NCBI GenBank assembly: GCA_907165135.1
Contig: OU015567.1
Coordinates: forward strand, 4,650,001-4,714,000
Direction of reading: 5' to 3'
Source: Oikopleura dioica
Taxonomy: Eukaryota; Animalia; Chordata
Length of the DNA stretch: 64,000 bases
In this document: positions 1-11,960 of the stretch, piece by piece
How the letters are laid out: each line of letters starts with the position of its first letter
Numbering within the stretch: the first letter of the stretch is position 1
Program-made: the position numbers and the translations under genes
The notes under the pieces: model-generated
What the model was told of the DNA's origin: nothing
What the model saw: the letters and a program-made list of their open reading frames with translations, nothing else
Databases searched by the model: none

Positions 1-700
1 GACCTCGAGACGGCAGTTAGAGTTCAAGCATTTGATCCTTTCGTTTTCACTGATAAATTTCCTTACACGGAAATCGAGTTTGAAATTCATCTTGCCTCTG
101 GTAAATTGGGATGAAAAAATTACAAAGACAATTATGAATTTAAGATTTCAGAAACAACCAAGAAGATGTTCGATTACATGAATTTCCTTCACATACCAAT
201 ATTATTAAAAATTATGTGAACATTGAACTGTTTCATCCATTGGACGTCGAGCGCTTGGATTGTCTTGGATGGATTACAATTATGGAAAAAGGAGAGACTA
301 ATTTACGGAAACTTCTGAAGGACGGTAATTTATCGATTGAAAAGAGACGCGAAATTGCACAAGGAGTAAGATCAGCGATGGACTATTTGTACGTCAATGG
401 CACCGATCACCTCGACCTTAAAATGCAAAATGTTGTTATGGTTAATGGGATACCCAAACTTGTTGATTTCGGGCTGGTGGAAAGTCGCCACAAAAAAATT
501 GGTTATCGCAAGATGGGCTGCACTCGGCGTAGATCAAAATACAGATTTTCCCCCTCTATTTGTAATCATTTGCAATTTTGACAAATATGATCGTTTTTTA
601 GTCGCTGGGACTCCCGGATTTTCATCTCAATGTCAGCTTACGAGTGGAAAAGGTTTCAATTTGGGAACAAATATATTTAGGGTTTTTCACGGAACGGCGC
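1..700 (+). CDS. Protein kinase domain (5'-partial, spliced); divergent Ser/Thr kinase-like
   Basis: Exons read HTNII...WITIMEKGETNLRKLL, catalytic loop HLDLKMQN, DFG and AGTPGF; short introns at about 100-150 and 540-600. The APE motif is not conserved. Confidence 0.85.
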
Positions 701-1373
701 GGCCCGCTCTGAGGTCCATCCACGAATATTAAAAGTCTTCTATTGAAGCGAAATTTATAATTCAAAAAATGAAACCGACTAATTCAAGGGAATAGATTCA
801 TAATATCGCATTAGTTTTCCATTCGAATGCCAGAATTCGCTGTGAGACGGTTTTTCTTACTAAATTTCGATTTTTCAATCTGAGTACATCAAAATACACT
901 CTCTATTTTCAAATATGTAAGATATAAGATGTTTAATTTTTAGCTCACAAAATTTGGGATTTCGGAAACATTCGGAAGGTGTTCAAATCGTCAGATAAGT
1001 GAGTGAAAGTGACTGCGCGCTAGTGCTTTACGCCGCTGCGCGGGACGCCCAAAAAACATTAGCGCGCGCCATAATCCCAGCGGGTGGTTTCTCTGACCTA
1101 ATATCCGAAATCTGATGCGAATTACACCGGGTGATTTGCATAAACAATTTCCCGGAAGTGTCAAGCTTAGTATTTGAGATGAATTAGACGGCTTTATATC
1201 ACTCGGGACAACAAAACTGATGAGATCCTTTTTTATCTTCCTTATCATTATTGCACCACCACCAGGTCAGAATTTGATAATTATTTTCACATATTTGAAA
1301 TCAGCGGCTCAAGTAACACTTATTTAGAAATTTTAAGGCCCATTGAATGATATACCACTTTCCGTGAAAAACC

Positions 1374-3143
1374 CTAAATATATTTATTCATATTTTTTGC
1401 GAGTGGAATACTGGGTGGACGCTTCTTTATAAACCTCTTGACAAGGAAGAAAAAAGAGAAATAAATAAACTCATCTCGGTAATATCCAGTATGCAACCTA
1501 TAATTATGATTATTAAAAGGAATGCAAGGGAACTCCTATCAGAGTTTTTGAGTACAATCGGGACAGCTTCTTCGAAGACACTCCGCTTTTATCTTTGGAA
1601 AACTCGAGCGATCAATTCGCCCTCAATGACGAAGTAATGACCCAGTCTTATCAAATATCTACTTTGAAGCAGAATTTAACCAAATTCGTCAAACAGAATG
1701 TCCAAAATTTGAGCAAAAATGTTCGGGACCAAAAGCTAAGCAATCTCTGCGTTTCGTTCTCTGTCACCAATCTTATTCGATATGCGATGAAAAATGATCT
1801 AGGCTTCTTCGATCTCAATCAATCGCACAAATTTGAAAATATCATGTCTTCTCTTAACTTGGTTATCTATCCAAGAAGTATGGCTGGATTGAATTTGAAT
1901 CCGAGTCAACGGGAGCTAGGAGACCAACTGTCAGATATTGAAGTTATTCTTAAACGTGTCTGCATGGGAACTTATCTGATGCCGAGCGGTTGGCATATTA
2001 TCAGGATGCTTGGTCATTTTACCGATCCCCGCCCAGTTGAATCAGACTGTATTTGCAAAACAGGTTTCTTTATTAACCCTGTCCGCATATCGACCTAGGT
2101 GTAGGTTAATTTACTTTTAAACGAAATTATACTTTTGGAAAAACGACATTTCTTCACAGTTGACATTTGAAATTTGATCGTGTCCAGGAGATAGCTCAGC
2201 CTTTAATCTTTCCATTCATGTCCTTTCGAAATTTTTATCACGACTGAAAGACCCTCAAAAGCCCGACCTACGCGTAGGTCGATATGCGGGCAGGGGTGAC
2301 AAATTTTTCATGCGGGCAGGGATTAAAAGATAAAATTATTCTACGGTTTTAGTTTATCTTCATCATGATTATCAATTTCACAGACCTTTGACTGTAACTG
2401 GAGTTATCTTGAGAAAAAATGAGACTTATCCGATATTCCACCAGATGACGCTCGATTCTATTCAAAACGGATGTTTTATCCTTAAGAACAGTCAATCGAG
2501 TGACTCGATGATAAGAATAAGAAGGACAGATCCATTTTACGTTCATGAAGAAGAGTACTTTCGACTTTGTCACCAGAACGAAGGAGCCTTTTATTGGCAA
2601 GACAATTCCATGGTTGAAGTCATAAGTTTTAATCAAATGGACACTGATAAATGGTATCTTCTTCCTCAAGCCTTCTCCCTAGAACTCAGACCAAGACGAA
2701 TTTCCTCGTTGTTTTGGATAGCAGCGGTACCATCGGCAAAATTATCCCGTACATTAACCTGGTGGAAATACTTCAAATTTGTTCTCTTCAATGATGTTCC
2801 CGATTTTATGTTGGGAGTCTTAGAATCATGGAAACTTATAAAAGAAGACCCTCTTGCTCGCAAAAGCAATAATTTCTTTGAAATCGTTAGAAACTTCGAT
2901 AATTTCAAAAATAGGGTGACAAAAGAGACACAGATGGGACTGTCAGATGCAGAGACATTCCTTGCCTTTAACGAAAAAATAAACGCTCGTTATGGATATA
3001 TGGGACCGCCTTATCGAAAATTTTACAAAAAACCAAGAGTTGACTGTCGAGTACGAAATGGTGTTCTGACCATAGGACATTATCCGCTTCAAAAAGAACA
3101 AGAAGTAGTGAGACCCATTTTTCGACTCGTCTTGAATAACTGA
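1374..3143 (+). CDS. Continuation of the kinase gene: kinase C-lobe-like segment, then papain-like (clan CA) cysteine-protease-like domain and C-terminal region
   Basis: IFCEWNTGWTLLYKPL exon joins ORF 1595-2098 in frame via GT-AG intron 1479-1519. VRDQKLSNLCVSFS (1721-1762) resembles papain VxDQGxCGSCWAFS; HQMTLDSIQNGCFILKNSQ (2439-2495) resembles the H...WIVKNSW half. Stop at 3143. Confidence 0.65.
2070..2330. mobile_element. Small inverted-repeat (MITE-like) insert in an intron
   Basis: 2070-2106 is an imperfect reverse complement of 2266-2302; partial third arm at about 2309-2330; includes palindrome CGACCTACGCGTAGGTCG. Confidence 0.55.
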
Positions 3144-3543
3144 AATCTGCCGAGTGCAGTTATTTTGTGATTTGAAATCACTGATTTCCGGACCCATAAA
3201 AGGCTTTTCGATAATCCATATCAATAAAAGAATATTTATTCATTTTTCTCATCTGAAAAAGTGTCTTCTGAATAAATGTCGACTTACTGCTCAGTTACAT
3301 TGGCTCGGTGAAGTTGTGGGCGACCGCAGCGTAAAATCAGCAAAATTTAGCAAATTTTCTCATCACGAAAATGGTGTATTGTGTGTGATGGCCGCAATTT
3401 CGCGTCGCCTAATTAATCCATCAGCCTCCCTTACCTTCCGCATTTCAAGGCATTTGCATAGCTGTACATTTTCACGTCAAACGCATAAGATTTTTTCTTC
3501 CTGATTCTAGAGCAACACATTCTAGAGATACTAAATATTTTCT

Positions 3544-6245
3544 ATGAAGACCTTTATATGGATGCTTGGCGCGATAGGAACGAGTTCAGATCATTTATGA
3601 AATTATTTTTCTATAATTCAAAAAATACGACAAATTTTTATTCAACTGAAAATTTTTGAAAGATAAGCTTACTCAAAACTCTTTATCAGGCGTTTCAAGC
3701 TTCAATCTCGACCCTACTCCACCCAACAACTACACCACCTCCACCAAGGGTTGTCCCTGTTTCTTCGATCAGAAGAAAACCACTGAATGCCCTTGCTGCG
3801 TCGATGAAAATTCCTGCCCATGCTCCGTAAGTGCCAATGCCTCCTCTTCCTAGATGGATTATTTTTCAAATTCAGTGGCCTTACGACGACAGATGTGGAG
3901 ATTGCAATACCGGACACGGTTGCCTTCCGGAGCCGATCAATATTGATACGCTTTCCGATCGCGGTTGCACTTGTCAGGATGACGATATTTTCGGGCTAGA
4001 GAAGGGGAGCTGCGCTTGTTGTACACCCTACAGTCATTCCGGGAAGCACATTTGTCCCTGCGCATATCCTTATCATGTAAGCCTGAAGCTCGAAAATAAC
4101 CTCCTAAATCTCTATCTTAGCATATGTGTGTCGAGTGTAGTGAAGCCCAAAGCTGCGGAAACCACATCGAAGCCGCTCTGTACCAAGAACTGTACCCAAA
4201 CTACTTCAAACCAGTCCAAGCATCGGAATCACTAATGCTCTCTGACGTGAGATCCGATCGTGAAATCGCGCCGGGGTCGAACATCTGCCACGAAATTCCA
4301 CACAAGATCGAGAACGGTTTTACAATTTGCGACAAAATCCCAAAAAAGGGAAAAGCATGCGTGTTCTTCTGCGATGATGGTTACCAAAGAGTGGGAAATT
4401 ACAGGAACGAGTTTTTGATGTAAAGACTTTTTGAGACTTCTTCAGCTTTTATTAATCTTTTCTGATAGTTTTATCATCGCCATAAACTTGATAATAGGGC
4501 GGAGTGTGTGTGCTCGGAGCTGGGATGTAACTGGAATGATGAGCCGGGCTATGAGATGCCGTATTGCGTCAAGGATGCCTGTGCAGATGAGCCTTGTCAG
4601 AATGGAGGCACTTGCAAAGCTGATGAAGGAAATGTTTGTATAGAAGCATTGATATTTTGACTATTGTAACTTACAATTTGTAAGTATCAAAGAAAATCAG
4701 TTGAACAACATGAAAAAGATGGATTTACTTGCGATTGTAAGCCGGGATACCTTGGAACTCTCTGCGAAGTCGAACTGATGGCGGATTTTGTCGGCGGTCT
4801 ATTCGGCGATGATATCATGGAAGAACCAATGAGCTCACCAACCGACGCTCCTGAGTTCCGTGTCGTTTCTCCTCAGACCACGACTACTGCTGTAAGAGAA
4901 TATGACGAAGAGGAAGAGGAGGAGGAAGAGGAAGATGTTCAATCGACTTCTGTTGGGCGATTCGCGAGACGAAAAAAATTCGGAAAGAATAAAGATCGAA
5001 ATACGTGCCCGCCCTTGGACGGCGGCGAAAATGGAGGACTCAGGTGCACAAAAGGCTTTAAAAAATCTTCTACTTGTCATTTGGTCTGCGATGACGGTTT
5101 TACTCCGTCAAATACGAAGTTCTCTAAGCCCAGATGCATCTGCAATTCCAATAGGAAAGAGCGCGAAAACCATTTCTCTTCAATAATTGTTATGATAATT
5201 TTCAAGCTCGAAGAAAGATGCTCCTGGGACCGGTCAAACTCGTTCAAGCTGGCAAAATGCTCCGCTTGGCCAAAACCAGAAGGCGAAAACGTGAACGACG
5301 CGATTGTCAACAGCGATAATAGTCAACGAATGTTCGTTCAACAAACGAAATGCCCTCCTCTGACAAAACCGGCGAATGGAAATGTTCGTTGCACAGAAGT
5401 CAACAAAGATGGTAATGAAGCATGTCAAGGCAGCTTTATAAAGAAATTTAAGGGTCTCGATGTCAGTTTTTGTGCAAATCTGGATTCAATGTTTCGAAAG
5501 CTAGATTTGCCCGCTGCGCATGTGTTGATGGCAAATGCATGTGGAACAAGGTTCGTTTTGGCTCTAGAAAAAGGCGTGAAGAAATTTTTTAGGAAGAATT
5601 TTACACAGAACCACTTTGCGAGGACAAAGATGAATGTGCTCTTGGAAATCATAATTGCGCCGCGGACATGCATTGTGTCAACAAACCTGGATCATTTTTG
5701 TGAGTTTTCATGATAAAAGAAAGTCATTTCTTGACAATTTTTCAAGTGCGTGGAATCTGATTCCCAAGTCCTCCGACGATGCGATTCAAATCCTTGCGGA
5801 CGAGCTGGAATTTGCTCGATAACTGCCGCGGGCTACAGATGCGAGTGCAAAGATGGATTCAGATTTGCTCAAGGAACATGTGTCGATGTTGACGAATGCG
5901 AAGTTGGCATTGATAAGTGTTTTTCAAAAGCGATGTGTGAGAACTTCGAAGGTGGCTATTCGTGCAGATGCCCATCCGGCTATGGTGATGGTTTGACCGA
6001 GTGCTTAGGGTCAAAGTAAGCGACTTTTCCAAAATTATCCACCGAAAATGAACTTCAGGGACGATTTGACTTGCACTCAAAAACGCAGTTTCCGAACAAA
6101 TCCCCTCCCAAACTACGTTGCTCCCAACGCTTGCTGCCTTTCCACCCCGTTCAACACCGATTTGAACTGCTGCTGCGAAGGAAAATTGCACCCAATTGAT
6201 GGCTGCCCCTGCATGGCCGCCGATTATTCTGACATTCAATATTAA
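3544..6245 (+). CDS. Secreted Cys-rich multidomain protein: novel Cys-rich N-terminus, sushi/CCP-like, EGF and Ca-binding EGF domains, galaxin-like C-terminal repeat
   Basis: MKTFIWMLGAIG signal-like start; CPCF..CPCC..CPC clusters; sushi-like CPPL..NG..C..C...C.DGF; EGF CQNGGTC..C.CKPGYLGTLC; DVDECEVGIDKC; C-terminal CCLSTPFNTDLNCCCEGKLH; multiple short introns. Confidence 0.85.
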
Positions 6246-6446
6246 CGACTCATTGCATCCACTGTTTCACTTCGAAATAAATTCGGAGTACATGAAGAAA
6301 AAAAAATATTTTTCTCTCTTATTGTAAATAATTTCAATAAACGTTTTCTTCCTTATAAAAATTCTGGATTTATTTCAAAAGCCTTTAAAAGTACAGATTT
6401 TCATTGAATGGGCAGTGTAAATATGATGCAGAAAGCAGTTAATGTT

Positions 6447-6704
6447 TTACTGTCGTCTGTGATAATGCGAAAATTTTTCAATTCTATATCCATTTTTATC
6501 GTCGCCGACGACTTTTCTGTAGCTCTGTTCTCGGATCATTTGCTGGATCTTAGCGTACTGTCGCTGACTCAACCCTCGATTTCGTTGAGTAAACCAGCCG
6601 CGGGGGCCGCGTTTCAAGTGACTGTGGCTGGCTCTTCGTACTGGAGTGGCGGCGATGATGGCGAGGAGGGTCGAAAGGATGAAGAAGATTTTCTGGAAGT
6701 TCAT
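6447..6704 (-). CDS. Small secreted basic peptide precursor (hypothetical)
   Basis: MNFQKIFFILSTLLAIIAA signal peptide followed by a basic region with RR, KR and RK sites; 85 aa if unspliced. Confidence 0.55.
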   Translation of the reverse strand: MNFQKIFFILSTLLAIIAATPVRRASHSHLKRGPRGWFTQRNRGLSQRQYAKIQQMIREQSYRKVVGDDKNGYRIEKFSHYHRRQ

Positions 6705-7192
6705 TTTTTCGTTTCTTTTCTTTGGTTTTTCAGTTTTCGAAGTTTTTTGGTTCAAGATTTTTTTGGTTCTGGTTTACTCGAGTTTCGAGCTCGTTTATAA
6801 ATGCGTCAGGGATCAATATAATTAATCAAGAATATTTTCGCGAGAAGAATATCACGGTCATTTTCAATACGTCTCAATAGAATCATCCGACGACCAGCTT
6901 ACAGAGATCAACGAGGACAATGGCAGAAGTCAAGTGATTTCCACTGATCAATAATTTAACAGTTAACGGAAACTATAATTGTGGTTTCATTCAAGAAGAA
7001 TTTTATTTTCTGAATTCTAGAAAGGTCAATCATGAGCATCTTCGTCTTCGATCTTTTTTCTGTTGGCAACTTTCTTCGGTGTCTCCATCTCTTAGTGATC
7101 ATATCAGTAGGAAGCTGAGGAAAATTATTGATTCTTGTTTTTTGAGGAATTTTCTAACAGAAACTTTGCTTTGATTTATTTTCCAGAAAGTA

Positions 7193-8131
7193 TTAGAGAT
7201 CAGTGAATGTGTTGAATTTGTACCAGCCCCGATGGTGGAAACGAAGACATTTGACGGCATTGTCGATCTCAGATTGTTCTCGGCGCTTGAAATCTATGAC
7301 TTGAGTCATGTCACGATTGAGATTCGGCGCAAGAAAGACAGGCCAGATGTATCGAATTCGACCCGGGTTGCTTCTTACCCGGTGATAAACCGCTAAAATA
7401 TATGTTTTGATAAAACCCCGTGAAGATCGCTACCATTTATTTTTCCATCGGAAAAGTGTTCCATCAAGTTTCCGAAATTAATAAATAAGCAATTTACCAT
7501 TGGCTTTACCGGGTACCACTCGCCGTCATACTGTATTTCAAGGCCACCGGTAGAATCTTGCTTTAAAATCGTCATCATACAGTTGTCATAATGGGACTTT
7601 GTTCCCATTTTTCCAGGGGGAGTTTTCTCATAAAAAAGAGCATCAAGGATAGCTCCATTGGGATCATTATTGTCGAGCAAACTGCCAGAAGTGAAGTTGA
7701 GGGCTTCTTCACAGAGCTCTAGAAGAGAATAGCCGAGATTGGAAATTGCTTTCAAATAATCATAGAAGACGGTGTCAACTTTGTTTTCGTCCAATTTGAT
7801 CGAGTTGTTTCTATTCAAATATAATGCCTTTTACGCTAATAAATACAAACGGTGAATTTTTGAAAGCTTCATCTTGAAAAATATCGCCCTCAGCTAACAA
7901 CTTCCCTTGAGAATCCTTGATTTTCATCCTTTGCTCGTCTGTTGCTCTGTAAATATTCTCAGAAGCAAGCTCCAAGCGTTTGGTAAGAGTTTCCGGAACA
8001 TCGTGATTTTTGAGGATAAAGAAACCGAATTCGCTAAGTGCCCTAAAAAGTTGCTCTCGAGTTTCTTCATCTCTCTTTTTTAAGAGCTCAAAATCGATAA
8101 TTGGAATTTCAAAGGATAAATACTCTGACAT
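7193..8131 (-). CDS. 2-oxoglutarate/Fe(II)-dependent dioxygenase (IPNS/DIOX_N family)
   Basis: IPIIDF...EFGFFILKNHDV N-terminal motif; HYD iron ligands; QDSTGGLEI; INFGNLME; AVYHRV distal His; R of RxS present as RYI. Introns 7828-7867 (GC-AG) and about 7393-7434. Confidence 0.93.
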
Positions 8132-9244
8132 GGCGTTTTTTTTAAAATTGACTTCCGGTTTGACTCTATCAAGGAAAATAGCGATCTACAGTGATGATCC
8201 AAGTAGAGACCTTACAATAGGGTCCAGGTTGGAATTTGACTCGGAAGGAAGGTTTGGGTTTAAAGGTTGTAAAAGCAGTCGTTATAAGTAAAAGTGGCTG
8301 GTCCCGCTGAGATCTGTCCCTCTGGTGGCGCGTACCACTCGCGTGTCACCGATAATTGCTCAGCACTTTGCGCTCCGAGCAGATTTCAGATTGAAGAGAG
8401 AATTTGGCCTTTAGGGTCAAGCAAGACTCAGTTTTCATCATGTCATTTGTCAACAAAATTTATAGAACGCTATCAGGTTAGATCAAGTTTTTGAAAAACA
8501 AAAAAAAATCAACAAGAAAATCCAATTTTTTTTTGTGAAAAAAATCAAAAAAAAAAAAATTAAATTTTTGCGAAAATTATTGCGTAAGCATCTTTAAAAT
8601 GCACTTATCAACCTGCTGTTTTACTATAAAAAATTGGTAATTAAATTAAAGAATATTTTTGAAATTATCATTTATGCATTTTTAAAGCAAAAAAATACAT
8701 ATGTATATGTTTATGTTCTATAGAAGACGTCATTACTGTCAGCTTTATGCTGAAAAATAAGCAATTTGAGTCATTTCTACACATATCAAAAAGATTCAAA
8801 CGGATTATCATCAATTTTTCAGGTCGATCAAAAACGAATTGCATCGCCGTCCTCCTCCCGTTGACATCAGTCGTCGACGAAGCCGTCCTGGATAATCGCT
8901 CAAAGGGAAATTGTCAAATTGTCTAGGAATCTAGTAATTAAGTAGAGATCGTTAAGTATTTTTTTCAAATGGACTTAACTTCCGTAGAAGCATTAATAAG
9001 CCACTAAAGAGGCTACAAAAGTATTTTATGATTGTCGCGAGATTGGCATCTCGCCCTCGCTGTCTGAGGAATGTTATTCCTTTTCGAGGCCTCGTTAAAA
9101 ATATTCAGCAAGGGCGCTCTTTTTGTTTCGATAACTGAGTTTCGATAACAATGAAGAATAAATTGACACCTGCATTTCGTTATTTTCAAATAACTTATCA
9201 AAAAAACGAAGTCTGTTAATAGGGACTACCTTTGAAATTATTCG

Positions 9245-9450
9245 TTAAAAAAAATAAGAATATAAAATAATCATAATTATAAAAAATATCATTTTAAAAA
9301 AATATTTTTTAAAATTTTTAATTTTTTTAAAAAAATTATTTAAAAAATTAATTATCAAAAATATTAATGAATAATTTAAAAATATTTTTGACAAAATTAT
9401 CACAAAATTTTTAAAATTTGTAAAAAATATTTTTTGTATAATTTCTTTTG
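9245..9450. repeat. Extreme AT-rich low-complexity tract
   Basis: Almost only A/T runs; similar tracts at about 22970-23150 and 63540-63740. Confidence 0.8.
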
Positions 9451-9500
9451 ACAACACAAAATAGGAATTCACGGCCTACAAAAAAGAGCTAGAAAATGAC

Positions 9501-11210
9501 ATGGTTCGAATCCTGGAACAAGCGCCTGGATTAGCCCGAGTTCACATTTTGAACTTTCAAACGACCGATCAGGGCTCAGAAGCCAGGTTGTACTTATGGC
9601 TCGTAAAAGCACGATTTTGCGTATTTCTCCGCAGAAAAATCGTCCCAAATGAAGCTTGAATGTCAAAAATTATTTCAGGTTGAATTTCTTCTTTTACAAA
9701 AAAGACACCGAAGAGGCCGAGGAAAAATCGTCACTGACCCTTTCCGAGGCTTTGACACGCTGGTTCGAGCTTGAATGGGTGAAAGAAAATTACGAAGCAG
9801 CGAGCAAATTTGGCACTCCCAAAGTTATGGCAGGTAATCCTTGTTGATTTATTCGGCGAGATTGTATTAAAGCCGTTCATTAGTTGAGGACTTAAAAGCG
9901 GAAGAAATTGTCAAGGAAGCGATCAAGGAGGCGCAGGAAAAAGCAGCCGATTCCTCAAGTTCTTCAAGCAGCGACGACTCAAAATCATGTTGTGAAGACC
10001 AAGCTGCTCAGGAAAATGACAAAAATTTTGTCCTAAAAATAATTAACCACTTTCAATTATTTCAAATATTGTTGAAATTGGCATCCAAAAAAGGAACCTG
10101 AAGAAAATACCGAGCCCGTTCCCGAGCAAAAGTCTGAACCCGAGCAAGCAATCGTCGCTGAACCAACACAAACCTCTGAGCCCGAGCCTGTGCCAGCCGA
10201 ACCAGAACCAAAACAGCAAGAAGAAGCCGAACCAGAGCAAGAAACACAAGAAACTCAAGAACAAGAAGCCGTCAAATGCGATTCAAAATCATCATCAAAC
10301 TCTTCGTTGTCTTCAAATTCCTCCGGGAGCTCTAAAAAATCCCAGAAACTATCATTTCTAAAAAGAGATTGGCTAGCTTGCTGTGGAACCAAGGAACCAG
10401 CGGCGCCAGTTCAAGAAAAAGCAGTAGAAGAGAAAATTGAAGAAAATGTAAATTTTGTAGTTATTTGCTACTTATTTCTTGAGCGAATTTTTCAGGTCGA
10501 AGAATCCCCAGAAATAGAGCCAAAGAAACCGTCTTTTTTCCAGAAAGATTGGTTCGCCTGCTGCAGCGGTGAGAAAAAAGAAGATCTAGAAGGAAACAAG
10601 CAACCAGAAGAAAATGGAAAGCCCGAAGTTTTGCAAAAACTCGACGAAGCAGTCGAAGATCTTCAAAAGACCCAAGAACCAGAAGCAGCCCAAGAGCAGG
10701 AAAAATCAGAAGAAATGGTAAAAACTGAAGAACCAGAGAAACAAGAGCCCGAACAAGAGCCAGAACCAGAACAAGAAACGAAAGATATAGAAGTTGCTGA
10801 AAATGCCCCAGAAAAAGAACAACCCAAAAAAGGTTATTGCATTACTGTCATCTCTTCCTCAATTTAATCATCTTTTAGAGTCGACCTTTGGCTGTTGCGA
10901 GCTCAGAAAACTCATCCGAAAAACAGAGCAAAAATCAGAAGAACCGAAAGCCAAAGAACCAGAAGGACCAGAACCAGCTGCACCGGAAAAAGAAGAAAGC
11001 AAAACAAAAATGACCTGCTGCGGACTCCGCCAAAAATCAAGCCCCGCTACTGACAAGCGAGAACAATCAGAAGACCCGGTAGAACAGAAAGAATCGCTCA
11101 TCGAAGTTCCCAAACTCGAACCAATCAAAGAAGAATCAAGAACCGGATCGGAGCAGCTAAAAACCGACATCGCATCTGAGCAAGTTCAAAAATCTCAAAC
11201 CACCAAATAA
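9501..11210 (+). CDS. Acidic Glu/Pro/Lys-rich disordered protein with repeated CC motifs and an AKAP-like helix
   Basis: Spliced ORF MVRILEQAPG...AEEIVKEAIKEA...SCCED...DWLACCG...DWFACCS...FGCCE...MTCCG...; stop at 11210. Confidence 0.8.
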
Positions 11211-11714
11211 TGCCTCAGTTTACCACTTCTTTTTTCCTACTAACTCGTTTTTTAAAAAATAAATATAAAAAAATCTCAAAAAAATCCGCTTTTTCAATGA
11301 CGCGTGGCAAAAAACAGTTCATCATCGATTTTGAATTTGATGAATAATTTGCTTTTTATGCGATTTAAAATTCACCATCGTCTCTTTTTCAACCGTCATA
11401 AACCTCTCGTAATTTCACGTAATTAGAAACTCCTCTAGAATTTTAACCACCAGGCAGTCCAAATAACTTTCTTGCCGCTAAATTATATCTTTTCCAAATT
11501 TTTCTGTCTTTTATCTTTCTAGGAGGATACTCGATTCGATTTGATAAGTTGCTATTACAACATAACGGTAACGGACGTGTCTCGCTTTTATATCTCTATT
11601 TGAGTTGCCACGAGTTCAGACGGTTGAAGTTCAGAAAGGGTTAAAAAGGCTGAAAAAAGCTTCAATTAACAGGAAAAATAACAAAATAAGGGGGGAACAA
11701 AGGAGGGTAAGCGC

Positions 11715-11960
11715 TGGGCGGGGAACCCTGTTTACAAAACCTGAGTCAGGCTACATATAAAGAAGCTTCAAATCCTGACTCAGGGTTAGGTCTGGGCAGG
11801 GAACCCTGTCTAGAAAATCTGAGTCAGGCAAAATTTAAAGCTGCTTCAAATCCTGACTCAGGGTAAAGTCTTGGCGGGTTACCCTGTCTTGAAAACCTCA
11901 GTCAGGCTTTACAGAAAACTGCTGCAAACCCTGACTCAGTGTTTCTAGACTGGTCTTTCA
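11715..11960. repeat. About 79-bp tandem repeat x3 of the CCTGAGTCAGG/CCTGACTCAGG hairpin family
   Basis: Each unit carries one ctgagtcag and one ctgactcag. Related motifs at about 20930-21000, 30960, 36396, 44585-44835, 46760-46850, 50130-50205, 57045-57130 and 59750-59830. Confidence 0.85.

Noticed and set aside
730-1370. Possible TE or missing kinase exons between the two halves of the first gene
   Set aside because: Only a 13-bp inverted match (about 906-918 vs 1288-1300), no TSD, and no convincing exon path.
4835-5673. Antisense and alternate-frame ORFs overlapping real genes (here and throughout)
   Set aside because: Shadows of coding exons without independent features.
8294-8930. Exon-like GC-richer patches, one frame ending CQIV* (CaaX-like)
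   Set aside because: Frame and start cannot be fixed; no domain evidence.
9245-9472. 75-aa ORF in the AT tract
   Set aside because: Low-complexity artefact.
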